A DNA stretch of 64,000 nucleotides from Octopus sinensis (Eukaryota), in NCBI RefSeq assembly GCF_006345805.1, contig NC_043005.1:65658001-65722000 (forward strand), read 5' to 3'. A program made the translations under genes and the position numbers. Within the stretch, counting starts at the first letter, position 1, and each line of letters opens with the position of its first letter. Below the pieces are notes generated by a model. That model did no database searches, was not told where the DNA came from, and saw only the letters and a program-made list of their open reading frames with translations. Of the stretch, positions 40,126-54,104 are shown piece by piece.

Positions 40126-41825
40126 ATGTGTGAGGTTAAATATTTGGTACTAAGGATTTTTTCTTAAAATTTAAAGTTATTCATTTGATATTTTAATGAA
40201 AAATTATTATAAAGTACGAGAAAACATTCTGCCAAATTATTCAGATATTATGAGCACTTAAACAAGATCTTAATTTAGTCGTTAGAAGTAAATAACCAAA
40301 TCAAATCTTGATTAATGAACTTGTTTACAAAAGCAGTGTACAGAGAAATGGTTTGTGAGAATTAAATATAAATAAAACAAGATATCGAGAAGGAAATACA
40401 AGACGGCAAAAAAGTCGGCTTAATTTTGTCGTCAGCTTTCTATCCATCATTTTTTTCTACTTAGTTATAATTCCAGATAAATTAACAGCTTGTGACTGAC
40501 AGAAAGAATTAAGGTTCATAGGATGGAAGAATTGATTTTGTAAGAAATGTGCGAACGAATGTAAAAACAGATAAAGTGATAAAATATTTCGAAATGGAGG
40601 AGAAATGGGAGAGTAAGTAAGAGAAATTGAAAACCAAACCGAATATCGGTCCTGAACAAAGGAATTGGTTCCTTCTGCAACTAAAGAGAAGAAAAAGAAT
40701 ACTACAAGAATATAAAAAGCTTTCTTTTTCTGAAGAGCGAATAAAAAGTAAATTTAGATGGAGGAGAAGGAGGAGAGGAAATCAATAAAATAGAAAACAG
40801 AATGTTACAAGTGAGGAGAGTTAAGGCATTTAAATGTCTTGGAGAATGATGTAGGTGACATATTGAACGATAATTGCGCGATACTTTCGCTGAGATTTGT
40901 AACAGCTGCGCGATGAAAAATTACTCAAAGTATTAGCTGCAATATTTATTGACGCGAAATTCTGCAGCAAATGTCTATAGCTGCCCTTGTAGAAGAACCA
41001 ACTGCCACAGCCGTTGCCGTCTATTTTTGATGAAGTGATAGTGAATGGAGTAATGAGGCAGAATAAAGAGATATTCTTACTTGACTGAAGAAAATACTCT
41101 TGGTAGAGAAAATATCATAAAACAATTGAAATTTCGAACACAATAATAAACAATAATAATGATTTATTTTGCTAAATAGAATTTATTTTCTCTAACAAGT
41201 ATTTTGCTTTACAGATAATGAAGAGGTAAGGACCAATTAGAACCCCTGTGGGGTTTCAATTCATAATGCTAAGATATATATTATAATGATTTCTAATTAT
41301 ATTGGTTTTCTATGAACAATCGTACATATGTCACAGATTACGCAAACTTGTTGAAAATTTAAGCAACGATTGAATCGTGATTAATTTAGTTGTCAAAAGA
41401 GTTTTATGCTGGATTTGGATTCTATTACATTAAAATACATTTAAACACCACATGGACATTTCACGGTTATTTTATAAACTATGAGATTGTTAGCAGTTTA
41501 TTGAGAACTATTTATCGAGGTGCAGCGTTTGCGCATAGCATCTTTTAAAAAAACTAACACTTCATCATACACTTGTCACCTCTTCTGTTTTGAGAGTTGT
41601 TGTCTGTTATTATTACCTTTATGACAAGAAGTGAATATATTCTAGAAAGAGGTGAAATTTTGCTGGAGGGGGAGGAGAAGAGGGACGAGGGACGAGAGGG
41701 ACGAGGGAGAGGAGGGAGGGACGAGGAGGAGGAGGGGGAGGGGAGGGGAGGAGGAGGAGAAGAAGAAGAAGAAGAAAAGAAGAAGAAGAAGAAGAAGAAG
41801 AAGAAGAAGAAGAAGAATCCTTTCT

Positions 41826-42023
41826 ACTAAAGGCCTGAAATTTGCGGAGAGGGGACTAATCGATTACATCGACCTCGGTGCGAAACTGATACTTAATTTA
41901 TCGACCTTGAAAGGATGACAGGCAAAGTCCACCTCGGCAGAGTCTGAAATCAGAACCTAAAGACGGACGAAGTGCCGTTATGCATTTTGCCCGGTGTGCT
42001 AACGATTCTTCCAGCTCACAGCC
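41826..42023 (-). mobile_element. SINE family C
   Basis: Core and head homology to the 60166 copy. Confidence 0.8.
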
Positions 42024-42073
42024 ATATAATAATGATAATAATAATAATAATGATAATAATAATAATAATGATG

Positions 42074-42129
<56 letters not shown>

Positions 42130-42390
42130 CAATTCTTTTTTATTGGCCACAAGGGCTGACACGCATGATTACATAAAGGGACAAGACAGGACGAAAGGTT
42201 ACAAAGGGTTTTGCCGTTTATGAAAAACATCGAGTAAAAATCTTTATAACAACTTATAAAATTCAACAATGAAAAACTCCCAAAAGGGGGAGACGTTTCG
42301 AAAGGTTCCTGGTGGAAAAACCCTACAAAAGCCAACGGGAGCCTGGTCAAAAAAAAAAGGGGTGTAGAGAGTCCCCTTTTTTTCTCTTTT
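42130..42390 (-). mobile_element. Tx1-like LINE 3' UTR fragment
   Basis: Homologous to 44335-44520. Confidence 0.55.
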
Positions 42391-42405
42391 TGAATAATAA
42401 TAATA

Positions 42406-42863
42406 GGGCTACAGCAAATATTCTGCTCAATACCACAGATTTGCTTGTCAGTTGTTTGACCATAACCAGCTGAGCATGTCCCTTAGTGGCTGACGATATG
42501 TGCATCCCTGATCATGAGCAGAAGTAGTGGGGGAGCCTCATAGCCATGTGTTGAAAGGAATTCTTGGAGGTTTGGATAATTCACCTTTGGAAACATGGGT
42601 GGTTCGTTCAACATCCTTAAACAATCCTTATTCGGGGACCTTTTGAGCGGGATGGGTTACTCGACCAGAAGAAAATTGTAACTGGGCTCCACCTGCAAGG
42701 TCAAGCGCTGTTTATCTTGATATGAGATCAACATGTCGCGCACATATGGTTGTGATGCATGTGCCTAGTGTACCCTTATCAGACGGGTGGTCATGATGGT
42801 TATACTGGGCTTCGTATATTTTACTCCAGTGTCACTTTGATGGCATGCAGTGCTCTCTCACTC

Positions 42864-42928
<65 letters not shown>

Positions 42929-43193
42929 TAATAATAATAATGATAATAATAATAATAATAATAATAATAATCCTATCAACTGGAAGCACAAGGCATCAAA
43001 TTTAAGGGCAGTGGACAAGTCGATTACATCGACCCCAGTATTTCACTGGTACTTATTGTATCGGCCCCGAAAGGAAGAAAGGCTAAGACGACCTTAGCAG
43101 AATTTGAACTTAGCAAATGGCGATGGGCGAAATACCGCTAAGCATTTTGTCCAGTCAGCAAGCAAACAATTCTGCCAGCTTGCCGCCTAAATG

Positions 43194-43251
<58 letters not shown>

Positions 43252-43588
43252 GTGGGGGAGCATCATAGCCATGTGTTGAGAGGAATTCTTTGGGATTTGG
43301 ATAATTCATCCTCGGAAACATGGGTGGTTCGTTCATCATCCTTAAACAACCCTTATTCAGAGACCTTTTGAGCGGGATGGGCTACTCGACCTGAAGAAAA
43401 TTCTAACAGGACTCCACCTGCAAGGTCATGCGCTGTTTATATTCATATGAGATCAACACGTCGCGCATACATGGTTGTGATGCATGTGCCTGGTGTACCC
43501 TTATCAGACGGGTAGTCATGATGGGTATACTGGGCTCCGTATATTTTACCCCAGTGTCACTTTGTTGACATTCACTGCTCTCTCACTC

Positions 43589-43656
<68 letters not shown>

Positions 43657-44219
43657 AATAATAATAAATGCCCTGATGCAATATCAGGCAGTGGCTCTCG
43701 TGGATTCTGATCTTAACTGATTGGAAGTGTTATCATGCGCATTGTTTTGTCTTGGTATAAAAGATGGGCTACAGCAAATATTCTGCTCAATACCACAGAT
43801 TTGCTTGTCAGTTGTTTGACCTTAACCAGTTGAGCATGTCCCTTAGTGGCTGACGATATGTGCATCTCTGATAACGAGCAGAAGTAGTGGGGGAGCATCA
43901 TAGCCATGTGTTGAGAGGGAATCTTTGGGGTTTGAATAATTCACTTCTGGAAACATGGGTGTTTCGTTCAACATCCTTAAATAACCCTTATTCAGGGACC
44001 TTTTGAGCAAGATTGGTTACTCGACCAGAAGAAAATTCGGAGCCCCACCTGCAAGGTAACGTGCTGTTTATCTTCATATAAGATCACCATGTCGCGCACA
44101 TATGGTTGTGATGCATGTGCCTAGTGTACCCTTATCGGACGGGTAGTCATGATGGGTATACTGGGTTTCGTATATTTTACCCCAGTGTCACTTTGCTGGC
44201 ATGCACTGTTCTCTTACTC
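42406..44219 (+). mobile_element. Cluster of three family D copies (42406-42863, 43251-43588, 43668-44219) with a SINE C copy (42990-43187, minus strand)
   Basis: All D copies end ...CTC(AAT)n and are separated by (AAT)n. 43668-44219 is the longest (~550 bp). Confidence 0.85.
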
Positions 44220-44330
<111 letters not shown>

Positions 44331-44334
44331 AATT

Positions 44335-44720
44335 CATTATTTTATTAGCCACAAGGACTTACATAACACAGCATAAAAGGCAACACAAAAGAAGATAAAG
44401 GATTTTCATCATGTAAACAATAAAAAATAATAATAATTAAACAGCGTAAACTCCCAAAAGGGTGTTTGTAGGTCCTCGTGGAAAAACCCACAAAAGCCAC
44501 GGGTGCCTGATCAACAGGGCAAGAGCCCTTCTCCTTTACTTTTTTTCACAGGTGTAGGCTCAGAATTTGTCTTTTCACACTGCCCATTCTTCCAACATTC
44601 ACCCACCCTTCAACAAACTTGCTAGAGGGCAACACTTCCCGCTCCACCCTCAACTTCCTTTACAAGTGAAACCTGAAAAAGTTGATGAGGGTTTGGCCAA
44701 AGAGGAAAGTGTCTGACTTT
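44335..44720 (-). mobile_element. Tx1/L1-like LINE 3' end
   Basis: FLFGQTLINFFRFHL*RKLRVEREVLPSSKFVEGWVNVGRM followed by a 3' UTR ending ...CCTTGTGGCTAATAAAA. Confidence 0.6.
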
Positions 44721-45437
44721 AGCAACAATGGACCACCTAATCTCTGGTTGTAAGATTTTAACACCTGTAGAGTATAAATCAAGACATTACAGAGTTAAAC
44801 TGATGAATATCTACAGTGAATAATATGTCGGCGTTATAAAATCAAAACTCCTGACAAATGGTACAAGCACCACTCTGAGGCTGTAACTGAGGGAGAAACT
44901 ATAACGATTCTTTGGGACTTTCCAGTACATATAGAGCGGACCATCAAAGCTAATGAACCAGATATTGCTGTGAAAGACCAAAACAATAAGGTCTGTTTAT
45001 TGATTGACAGGAGTATACCTTGTGATCATAATATCTCGGCAAAAGAATTTGATAAGCTCAGACGGTTACAATACCAGTGATTGTAGGTGCATTTAGAATG
45101 ATCAAGAAAAGGAACTATTTGAGGATGATCCCTTGTTTACCATCCATGCAGGAAGTGTAAAAGATTGTCTTAACTGATACATTACACGTATTGAGAAGAG
45201 CATTGTTGCTGTGAATATTCTTTCTTTTTTCCCTCTTTATTTTCTTTTTTTAATTTTGTTTTTTCTTTCTATCCTTTTTCTCTGTCTTTCTTCCTCTTAC
45301 TTTTCTATCGCATGACTTTGTAAATGAACAATCTGGTGTGTTTATTTTAATAGCCTAACTATGTATTCAGTCAGTTTCTATGCCCTAGGTATCGAAAGAC
45401 ACTCGGCAAGAAAAAAAAACAAAACTGAAAGAAGTGA
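44721..45437 (+). mobile_element. R4/Dong-like 3' fragment (same family as 26448-27550)
   Basis: MDHLISGC, TILWDFPVH, RTIKANEPDIAVKDQNNKVCLLID and SAKEFDKL, followed by (AAT)n. Confidence 0.8.
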
Positions 45438-45438
45438 C

Positions 45439-45496
<58 letters not shown>

Positions 45497-45703
45497 GTTT
45501 TCAAATTTTGGCAGAAGGCTAGCAATTTCAGGGTAGAGGTAAGTCGATTACATCGACCCCAGTGCCCAACTCGTACTTATTTTATCGACCTCGAAAAGAT
45601 GAAAGGCAAAGTCGACCACGGTGGAATTTGAACTCAGAACGTAAAGACGGAGGAAATGCCGCGAAGCATTTTGCCTGGCGTGCTAACGATTCTGTCAGCT
45701 CAC
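45497..45703 (-). mobile_element. SINE family C
   Basis: Core and head homology. Confidence 0.8.
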
Positions 45704-45710
45704 AGTCTTG

Positions 45711-45957
45711 CGAAGAAGAAGAAGAAGAAGAAGAAGAAGAAGAAAAGAAGAAGAAGAAGAAGAAGAAGAGGAGGAGGAGGAGGAGGAGGAGGAGGAGGAG
45801 GAGGAGGAGGAGGAGGAGGAGGAGGAAGATGATGATGATAATGATGATGATGATGAGGAGGATGATGATGATGATGATGATGATAGTGAAGAAGAAGAAG
45901 AAGAAGAAGAAGAAGAAGAAGAAGAAGAAGAAGAAGAAGAAGAAGAAGAAGAAGAAG

Positions 45958-45995
<38 letters not shown>

Positions 45996-45997
45996 AC
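45711..45997 (+). repeat. Compound microsatellite (GAA)n(GAG)n(GAT)n(GAA)n(CAA)n
   Basis: Direct reading. Confidence 0.95.
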
Positions 45998-46507
45998 TCT
46001 GAAACCGTTTGCAAGTTTGAGCAAATGTAAGGACTTGAAGACTCGCAAATTATAAGGACTTGAGAAGAATGTGATTTCTCAAATCACCAACATTACTAAC
46101 AGCTATTGGACTGATAACAAAGGGAGCAATCAGATATCAAATTACTGGCAGCCCCAAAATAAGTGAATTGCAAATGATCGTTTATAAGGAAATCTCGCAT
46201 TTTTTGCTTTAATTCCCTTCCATGTAAATGCAATCATATTTCTTCGGTGTTATTTTTGTTTTTTAACACACAGAGATCAGTTTGTTTTTTTCGACTACAT
46301 GGCATTTCACCTGTTAACATCTTTGGTGCAGAATTTTGTTGTCGCTTGACGTTTTTGGTTGAGTCTTGTGTGCAGCTTGTATAAAGTTTAAGCAAAGCCA
46401 AAACACAATAATAATAATAACAACAACAACAACAATAATAATAATAATAATAATAGTGTCACTTTGATGGCATGCACTGCTCTCTCACTCAATAATAATG
46501 ATGATGT

Positions 46508-46541
<34 letters not shown>

Positions 46542-47349
46542 GGTGGTGTGGTGGTGGTGGTGGTGGTGGTGGTGGTGATGATGATGGTGGTGGTGATAAT
46601 AATAATAATATGGTATTGACAGAAAAGAGTTGAATGCTCGATCCAAAATTTCTTTTGCTTCTCAACTTTTCAGTTACATTCTTTGTTTACGTCTTATCAA
46701 GTCTGAACATGTACTGAAGCATGAAATAAGTTTTCTATTTTCTAGTTCTACGGAATTATTATAGAAGTATAAATCTATCAATTATGGTGTGGCAGATGTT
46801 TATTCTGGTGCTCTGCTGCATTACTCTTCTTTTTTTTTTTTTCCTACATTACTACGTAATACCGGACTGTTTTTTCTGATGATCATCTTCATTTGCATCA
46901 CATTATTGCAAATATTTTGACACCTGCTTCAATACAGCTAATCTGATTGTCTGTGCCATTAACAACTCGCAATTTATCACTCCCAATTTTGTGAATTGTT
47001 GTCACTCGAAACGATTTTCACCAAGTTTCCTACTTCAACACCCACTATAAATGTGTATGAATGGCTTTGGGATTAGTGTGTTTTACTTCCATTATTCTAT
47101 CCGGTAGAAATGAAAGAACCAAGATATTTATAACTACTAACATAAATTTGTCGTGTATTGAAAAAGAGGGGACACTAGTTGGAAAGCATGTTAACTTACT
47201 TGAACACACACATTACTGAATAAAGAATATAACGCACATGTCTACAAACTACAGCAGCTGCTGCATGAATTGACTGGAAACATCATGAAGTTTATTTACA
47301 TAGTATGGCATATAAAAGAAGAGGGATGAAAGAAGAAGAATGAAGGATT

Positions 47350-47385
<36 letters not shown>

Positions 47386-47770
47386 AGGAGAAAGAGAGAG
47401 AGTGGAGAGGGAACAATACTCGATTGGGGAAAGTGACACAAAGAAATACGAAAAGGAAAGCTAAATAAGGAGTCAATGAGCAAAGAAAAATAGTTGTGAG
47501 AAAGGTATAGGAATGAGTGACAGAGAAAGCAGAGAGAGAGAGAGGGGAGAGGGAGAGAGAGAGGGGAGGGAGAGAGAGAGGGGAGAGGGAGAGAGATGGG
47601 AGAGGGAGAGAGAGGAGAGAGGGAGAGAGAGAGGGGAGAGGGAGAGAGAGAGCGGAGAGGGAGAGAGAGAGGGGAGAGGGAGAGAGGAGAGAGAGAGGGG
47701 AGAGGGAGAGAGAGAGAGGGGGGAGAGGGAGAGGGAGAGAGAGGGGGGAGAGGAGGAGGAGGAGGAGGAG
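47350..47770 (+). repeat. GA-rich, nearly purine-only low-complexity tract
   Basis: Direct reading. Confidence 0.9.
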
Positions 47771-48810
47771 CGTGAAGGAAGATTTTTGTGTGCAAAACGA
47801 CGACCCAAGAGAATTGAAAGAATAAAAGAAAGATAAAATGAAATTTCAAGAAAAATATATATATAAAAAAATTGTAGAAAGTGTTAATGAAAAGGGAGAA
47901 ACAACATTTACTTTAACGGAAGTTACTAGAAACAAATATTTTTAAAACTCGTTATGAAAGCAGTGTATGCATATCAAGATGTTTAACTCCAGCACGACAG
48001 AAGGCGATGCTGCAAACAAAGAACAGTTCAGGATTTACAGTAAATATTAGACAGAATATATAAAATGTGATACAAATCTCACGGCTAGCATCGGCTTTAA
48101 CAATCTTTTTAAATATTAATTCGGTAATGGTATTTTCAATACGGTGTAAATTGTTTTGCCTTCGTAGTAAATTTAAATAAGATTTTAAATTGATGCAACA
48201 TCACTGAGTACAATGAAATTAAGAAAAAAGAATATGATCATTTCGCTGGCCAATTTGCATCACAAAAACTTATAAATAACACAACTATTTTTCCCAGAGA
48301 CATGCATTCCTCATCCATTGTCTCTGCTGTCAGACTACGCTGTATGCCGACGCCATTTTGATTGGTGATGTCTGCATATATGTGTGATCCATTTAAATGC
48401 AACAAAACCTTCCGGTTACTCCAACTTAGATTCTTTCTTTCACGTTCTTGCTACCTCTAACGATTTCCGAATTCCTTCTAACAACTATCTCTTTCTTAAT
48501 TGAGGAATTCAATGTCATTTCATTTTTCTCTGAAATCATCATCCTCACTGATTTCAATATATGCATCTCTTTCTAGTTATCGCACACCTCCTATATCGAC
48601 ACTATTGAACTCTTCTTGCAATCTCTGTTTATCAATTATCATCAACATTTCCAAATTGCTTACGAGATATCAGGCTTCCTTCTCGGGGCCAGACAAGGTT
48701 CTACATAACGGAGTCTTTCGTTGTAATGCTGCTCACTTAACTTGGAGTGATGCATATAAATATATTCTAGGCGGCATCCTATATATAGTAGACTTTTGCA
48801 CAGTTTCTTA

Positions 48811-49182
48811 TTTCTTTATTGCCCACAAGGGGCTACGCGCAGAGGGGACAAACAAGGACAGACAAACGGATTAAGTCAATTATATCGACCCCAGTGCGTA
48901 ACTGGTACTTATTTAATCGACCCCGAAGTCGACCTCGACGGAATTTGAACTCAGAACGTAAAGACAGACGAAATACCTATTTCTTTACTACCCACAAGGG
49001 GCTAAACACAGAGGGGACAAACGAATTAAGTCGATTACATCGACCCCAGTGCGTAACTGGTACTTAATCTATCTACCCCGAAAGGATGAAAGGCAAAGTC
49101 AACCTCGGCGGAATTTGAACTCAGAACGAAATACTCCTACGCATTTCGCCCGGCGTGCTAACGTTTCTGCCAGCTCGCCGCC
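48811..49182 (-). mobile_element. SINE family C tandem pair with a Tx1-like tail
   Basis: Near-complete copy at 48977-49182 directly followed on the minus strand by a 5'-truncated copy at 48811-48976. Confidence 0.8.
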
Positions 49183-50402
49183 TGCACAGTTTCTGTCTAC
49201 AAAATTCATTCAAAAAGCATTGGTCAGCTTATGCTTTAGTAGATGATTCTTACCCAAAAGTACGCGAAGTGGAACTAAACTGGAAACTATGTGGTTGAAA
49301 AACAGAGCCTCTGAACCACACAGGCTTGCTTGCGTCTGTTCATCACTTATTTGAAATCATGCGTGTGCAATTTGTCTCAAATGAAAAGAGCAAAACACAA
49401 CCAGTGCCTTGACCTAAGATTAATACGATTTCAAAAAAGAATGAGGTATGCTGATAGAAAGAGAGGTGTGTTTCGAAGAGTAGATATAATATACGCGTGA
49501 ACAGATATATCATACAGGTGTGTAACCATGTAGATCTAGCTTGATGTACTACAAACTACTCAGATTTTTATCCTCTCCTATCTGTTCTTTGTTCGTTTTA
49601 TTTTTGTTTAAATGTATGCAAGAAAATTTAGAACTGCTTAGAATGTCACTTAAAATGGGCTATTGGTTTCGAAGGAAGAATTGACAGTCTTTAATGGATA
49701 TGTGGACGTTTCTAAGAATGAATGGAATTAGTTCGATAAACGATAATAGTATTGCCTTAGTCAAAAACCAATTGACTGACATAAGTAGGTGTTGAGGGTT
49801 GATGAGGAGAAGTTAGTATTGAATAACAGAAAATAGAGATGTAGAAAAGAAAAAGAGGAGAAAGATATATTTTTTAGAAGTACAGCATAGATTTGTTGAG
49901 TTGAGTTTTTTTCTTTTTTCTTTGACATTTAATAACTAATAAATTTACTGATCTGACAAAATTAATACTACATTTTCCTTAATGCTATATGCTATTACAT
50001 ATATACTTCCAGCTCCCTTTCAACACCGATTTCTTTTAATTCTCTTCCTAGTCAGTCTCACCCAACCCTTTATCGGTTTGCTTGACACACGCTATACGTT
50101 GACACAAATATCCATTATTACCAATCTTTAAGTCGAGAAATTAATATTGGCTTCCAGCTGTTACAGCAAGACAAGAAAGTTGTTTGCAAATCGATATCTT
50201 TAATTTGATTGGTCAGTAGTAGAAACAGGGATGGAACAAATACTTGATCAATAAATGAAGAGAAAATATCTTCAGGCCAAGATTAATTGAAGAATAGCAT
50301 TAGTCGTTAAGGAGATATTCACATCGGAGTTGAGTAGATCAACTGGGATCAATGTCGTATTCTGTGGTAACTGTCATTCTGTATCAGGATTCTCTCGCAC
50401 AA

Positions 50403-50403
50403 C

Positions 50404-50453
<50 letters not shown>

Positions 50454-50469
50454 CAGCAGCAGCAGCAGC

Positions 50470-50526
<57 letters not shown>

Positions 50527-50544
50527 TGTAGTAGCAGCAGCAGC

Positions 50545-50615
<71 letters not shown>

Positions 50616-50625
50616 TAGTAGTAGT
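50403..50625 (+). repeat. (TAG)n/(CAG)n compound microsatellite
   Basis: Direct reading. Confidence 0.95.
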
Positions 50626-51095
50626 AAAAGGAGGAGGTCCAACAAGAAGGTAATGGGAAAACGAGAAGGAGAGAATTTGCACCAATAGAACTAGAAATAT
50701 TGTTGTTTGTAGTGTGCTGAATATTATCGGTATAGTTATTTATGTCACTATGTACTTATAAAATACAATAGCATCGTGACGAGCGAAAACTGGGAAGCTG
50801 TGAGTCTCATGATGTTCTGCAGAGAAACAGACACGAAGGCGAAACAGTTTAATCTAAATAGCGGATTTGAATAATGGTCTAGTTCGCTGGATCGTCCCCT
50901 AAGTACAGATATGTAGTCAAATATAATTGTGGAAGGAAAGTGGGAGAAATGGGATATTTATGACTTTCGAACTGACGCCAAAAATGTGCTAGAGCTCCAA
51001 GTCGGAAATTTTGCAAGTGGCAATAACATGATAATAACCTAGTAACAAAAAGTAAGGATTTGTAGTATTAACACACGTCCACAACTTAAGTGCTG

Positions 51096-51490
51096 CAGTG
51101 GCTGTGTAGTAAGTAGCTTGCTTACCAACCACATGCTTGCGGGTTCAGTTCTACTGCGTGGCACCTTGGGCAAGTGTCTTCTACTATAGCCTCGGGCCGA
51201 CCAAAGCCTTGTGAGTGGATTTGGTAGACGGAAACTGAAAGAAGCCCGTCGTATATATGTATATATGTGTGTGTGTGTTTGTGTGTCTGTTCCCACAACA
51301 TCGCTTGACAACCGACGCTGGTGTGTTTACGTCCCCGTAACTTAGCGGTTTGGCAAAAGAGACCGATAGAATAAGTACTAGGAATCCAAAGAATAAGTCC
51401 TGGTGTCGATTTGCTCGACTAAAGGCGTTGCTCCAGCATGGCCACAGTCAAATGACTGAATCAATTAAAAGATTAAAGATATAAAGATTA
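51096..51490 (+). mobile_element. SINE family B, near full length
   Basis: tRNA-like head, caccttgggcaagtg core, TA/TG microsatellite and AAAGAT-type tail. Confidence 0.88.
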
Positions 51491-52136
51491 ACTTGGTGGC
51501 GAGAATAATCCGCTGAATTGTCCGTAGTTCTGGAATAGAACTTATTTTATATTAAAAGCAGCGTCTTGGAAAATTTAGAAAATTTGGTTTTGGCTTTTTA
51601 CTACCACGGTGACATATACGAAAAAGATTTCTACGACTAATATAGACACGATAGATAAACATCCAGAAGTAAAATCACTCACAATATAATTGAACAGCCT
51701 GTACTTTTTTGTCGAGTACAGAAAAATCTATTCACAAAAAATATCGTGTAAGCTCACGTTTGTTGCGTTTTTACATATAATAATCGCAAATTTTTGTATA
51801 TTTAAATCAAGTGCAAAGACGGAAATACTGACGATTCGAGAAAATTATTTCTTCAGAGAGAATATCTTTTACATTTGTGGCAGCACTGAAAACTTAAGCC
51901 GATCAGTATAGGGAGAGAGGAAACTATAATGTAAGAATGAAAGCTGCCAAACATGTAGGGTGATATGGTTAATATAATCCATACACTATAAATGATCCAG
52001 ATATCTGGGACCATAAAAATCTGTAAGACCTTAAGATTTAAAGGGTGATGAACAAAACAAGATGCTTTCCGTGACAACCTTGCCACGAAGTGGGTGGCCG
52101 ATCAAAGTTTATTCTAAATTTAAAAGAGAAGCAGAA

Positions 52137-52342
52137 CATACATACATACATACATACATACATACATACATACATACATACATACATACATACATACATA
52201 CATACATACATACATACATACATACATACATACATACATACATACATACATACATACATACATACATACATACATACATACATACATACATACATACATA
52301 CATACATACATACATACATACATACATACATACATACATACA
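52137..52342 (+). repeat. Perfect (CATA)n, about 50 units
   Basis: Direct reading. Confidence 0.95.
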
Positions 52343-54104
52343 TGTGATCTGGAAATCACATTAAGCATTGCAGGAGGAAATATCTTAGAAATAGTCTTTC
52401 ATAATCTGAATGACGTCATCAGTCTTCATTTCTAAACAGTCTGCGAATGTTGTCACACTGTTGAGAAAGAATCAATGAACCAGTAAGATCCGAATGCATT
52501 TCAATGAGAAGTATCAGAGCGTTGATTTTTAAGAATGCATCCTCCACGTTGGACAGATTGTCTACCCAAAACAATCCAGGTAAAACAAAACCAATTAAAA
52601 GACCCACGGCTTCAGGAAAAGACAGCTCAAATACTATACTTCTAATATTAATTCTAAATGCTTCTTTGAAGCTCCATACTATATTTTTTCTCATTCCTCA
52701 GCTCACACGGAACAATAAAACTTGGACTGTAAAATACCCCATGTAAAAGAGCGTTAGGCTGGAATTTGCTGGTTCAATCCCAAGGTTTGGCTCATCGATG
52801 AAGTTCTCTTTTGTTCTTGAAATTATTACTTAACAAAATCTCTTGTTTGTTTTACTCAGTTAAGGAGGGGGGCGATAGCTGGGGAGGGTTTTGGTCACAT
52901 ATATGCATATTGTTGTATAATCAGCATTATAATAACATGCATTATTTTATTATCAAAGACTCGAATAATCAAATGTTCTGCAGCCAAATTCTAGTGTTCC
53001 GTTATTGATTTTTTTTCCGAGAATATTTTGTTGATTAGCAGATGTTTGAGCAGCTCCATTACTTCTTTTACGAGTAGATTATTCACTTGCAGTTGCAATC
53101 GTTCTGTGATTGCCAAGTACAATGGTCCTGTTAGTTAAAGAAATCTTTTGAAAATCATATGAATTGCGTAAGCATACAACAGTTGACGAAAAAAATCTTC
53201 AGTTACACTCTTCCATTGCCTCAAATTAATAAAATACAATGCATTGTATCTCGTCTAAATAAGAAAACTAATTCTTATCCTTTAAGCATTCTACTCAATA
53301 TTTTAAAAGAATCTATATTGGCTTCCTTCTATTATAAGTTCCCACTCAAGATAAAAATTTGTATTCTTTATGAAAATTTGTATATGTGTATTGTTATTTT
53401 TGATTATCGATATTGTATAGTGCTGAGTTGAGTTCTTTTTCAGTAAATTGTTTGTGATAAAATAAAATGTAGCCGTACTTTATTAAAAATTGTTCTAAAA
53501 TTAAATTAGCGCATTTCAGGTATAGGAATTGCAATTTTTTAGCCTATTCATTGAAATATTTACTCTCTCTCTCTCCCTCTCCCTCTATCTATCTTCCCCC
53601 CCACCACCCACCCACACACACACACATACACACTCGCGCGCTCTGCGTAAACGTACAATATCTGAGTTCAAATTGTAAATATTCCCCTAAGTTTTCCCTT
53701 TCCAAATTGTAGCAATAGTGAGTATTGTTGCAATTTGTGATTTCACATAATTTCGTTTAAATCGGTCTAACGAGATGTATTTGATGGTTTTTCTTCAAAC
53801 ATTCGTAAACCTGTTCACACATTTGTGTATTATAGAGAAGCATGGGAATTTTTCATCCCATTGTAAGCTGAAAATTCCAAAGGTGCTTTAAAATGAATTG
53901 AGTTTTCCGAAAAAAATTTCCAGCTATGTGCTCTAAATAGAATTGAAAGCGAGTATTTTCTTTTTCATTCGTCGTCATCGTAATGAATTCGTCTTTTGTT
54001 TAATTTTAGTTTAATATTGATTTTCCCCATTATTACATGATCACAATTGTGTAAGATAAAGTATAGGCGATCGAATCAACTTTACTATAGAACTAATAGT
54101 TAAT

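Noticed and set aside
52375-52430. Minus-strand CTGATGA...GAAAG hammerhead-like core (similar relic near 38300-38360)
   Set aside because: Stem I cannot form and stem II is weak.
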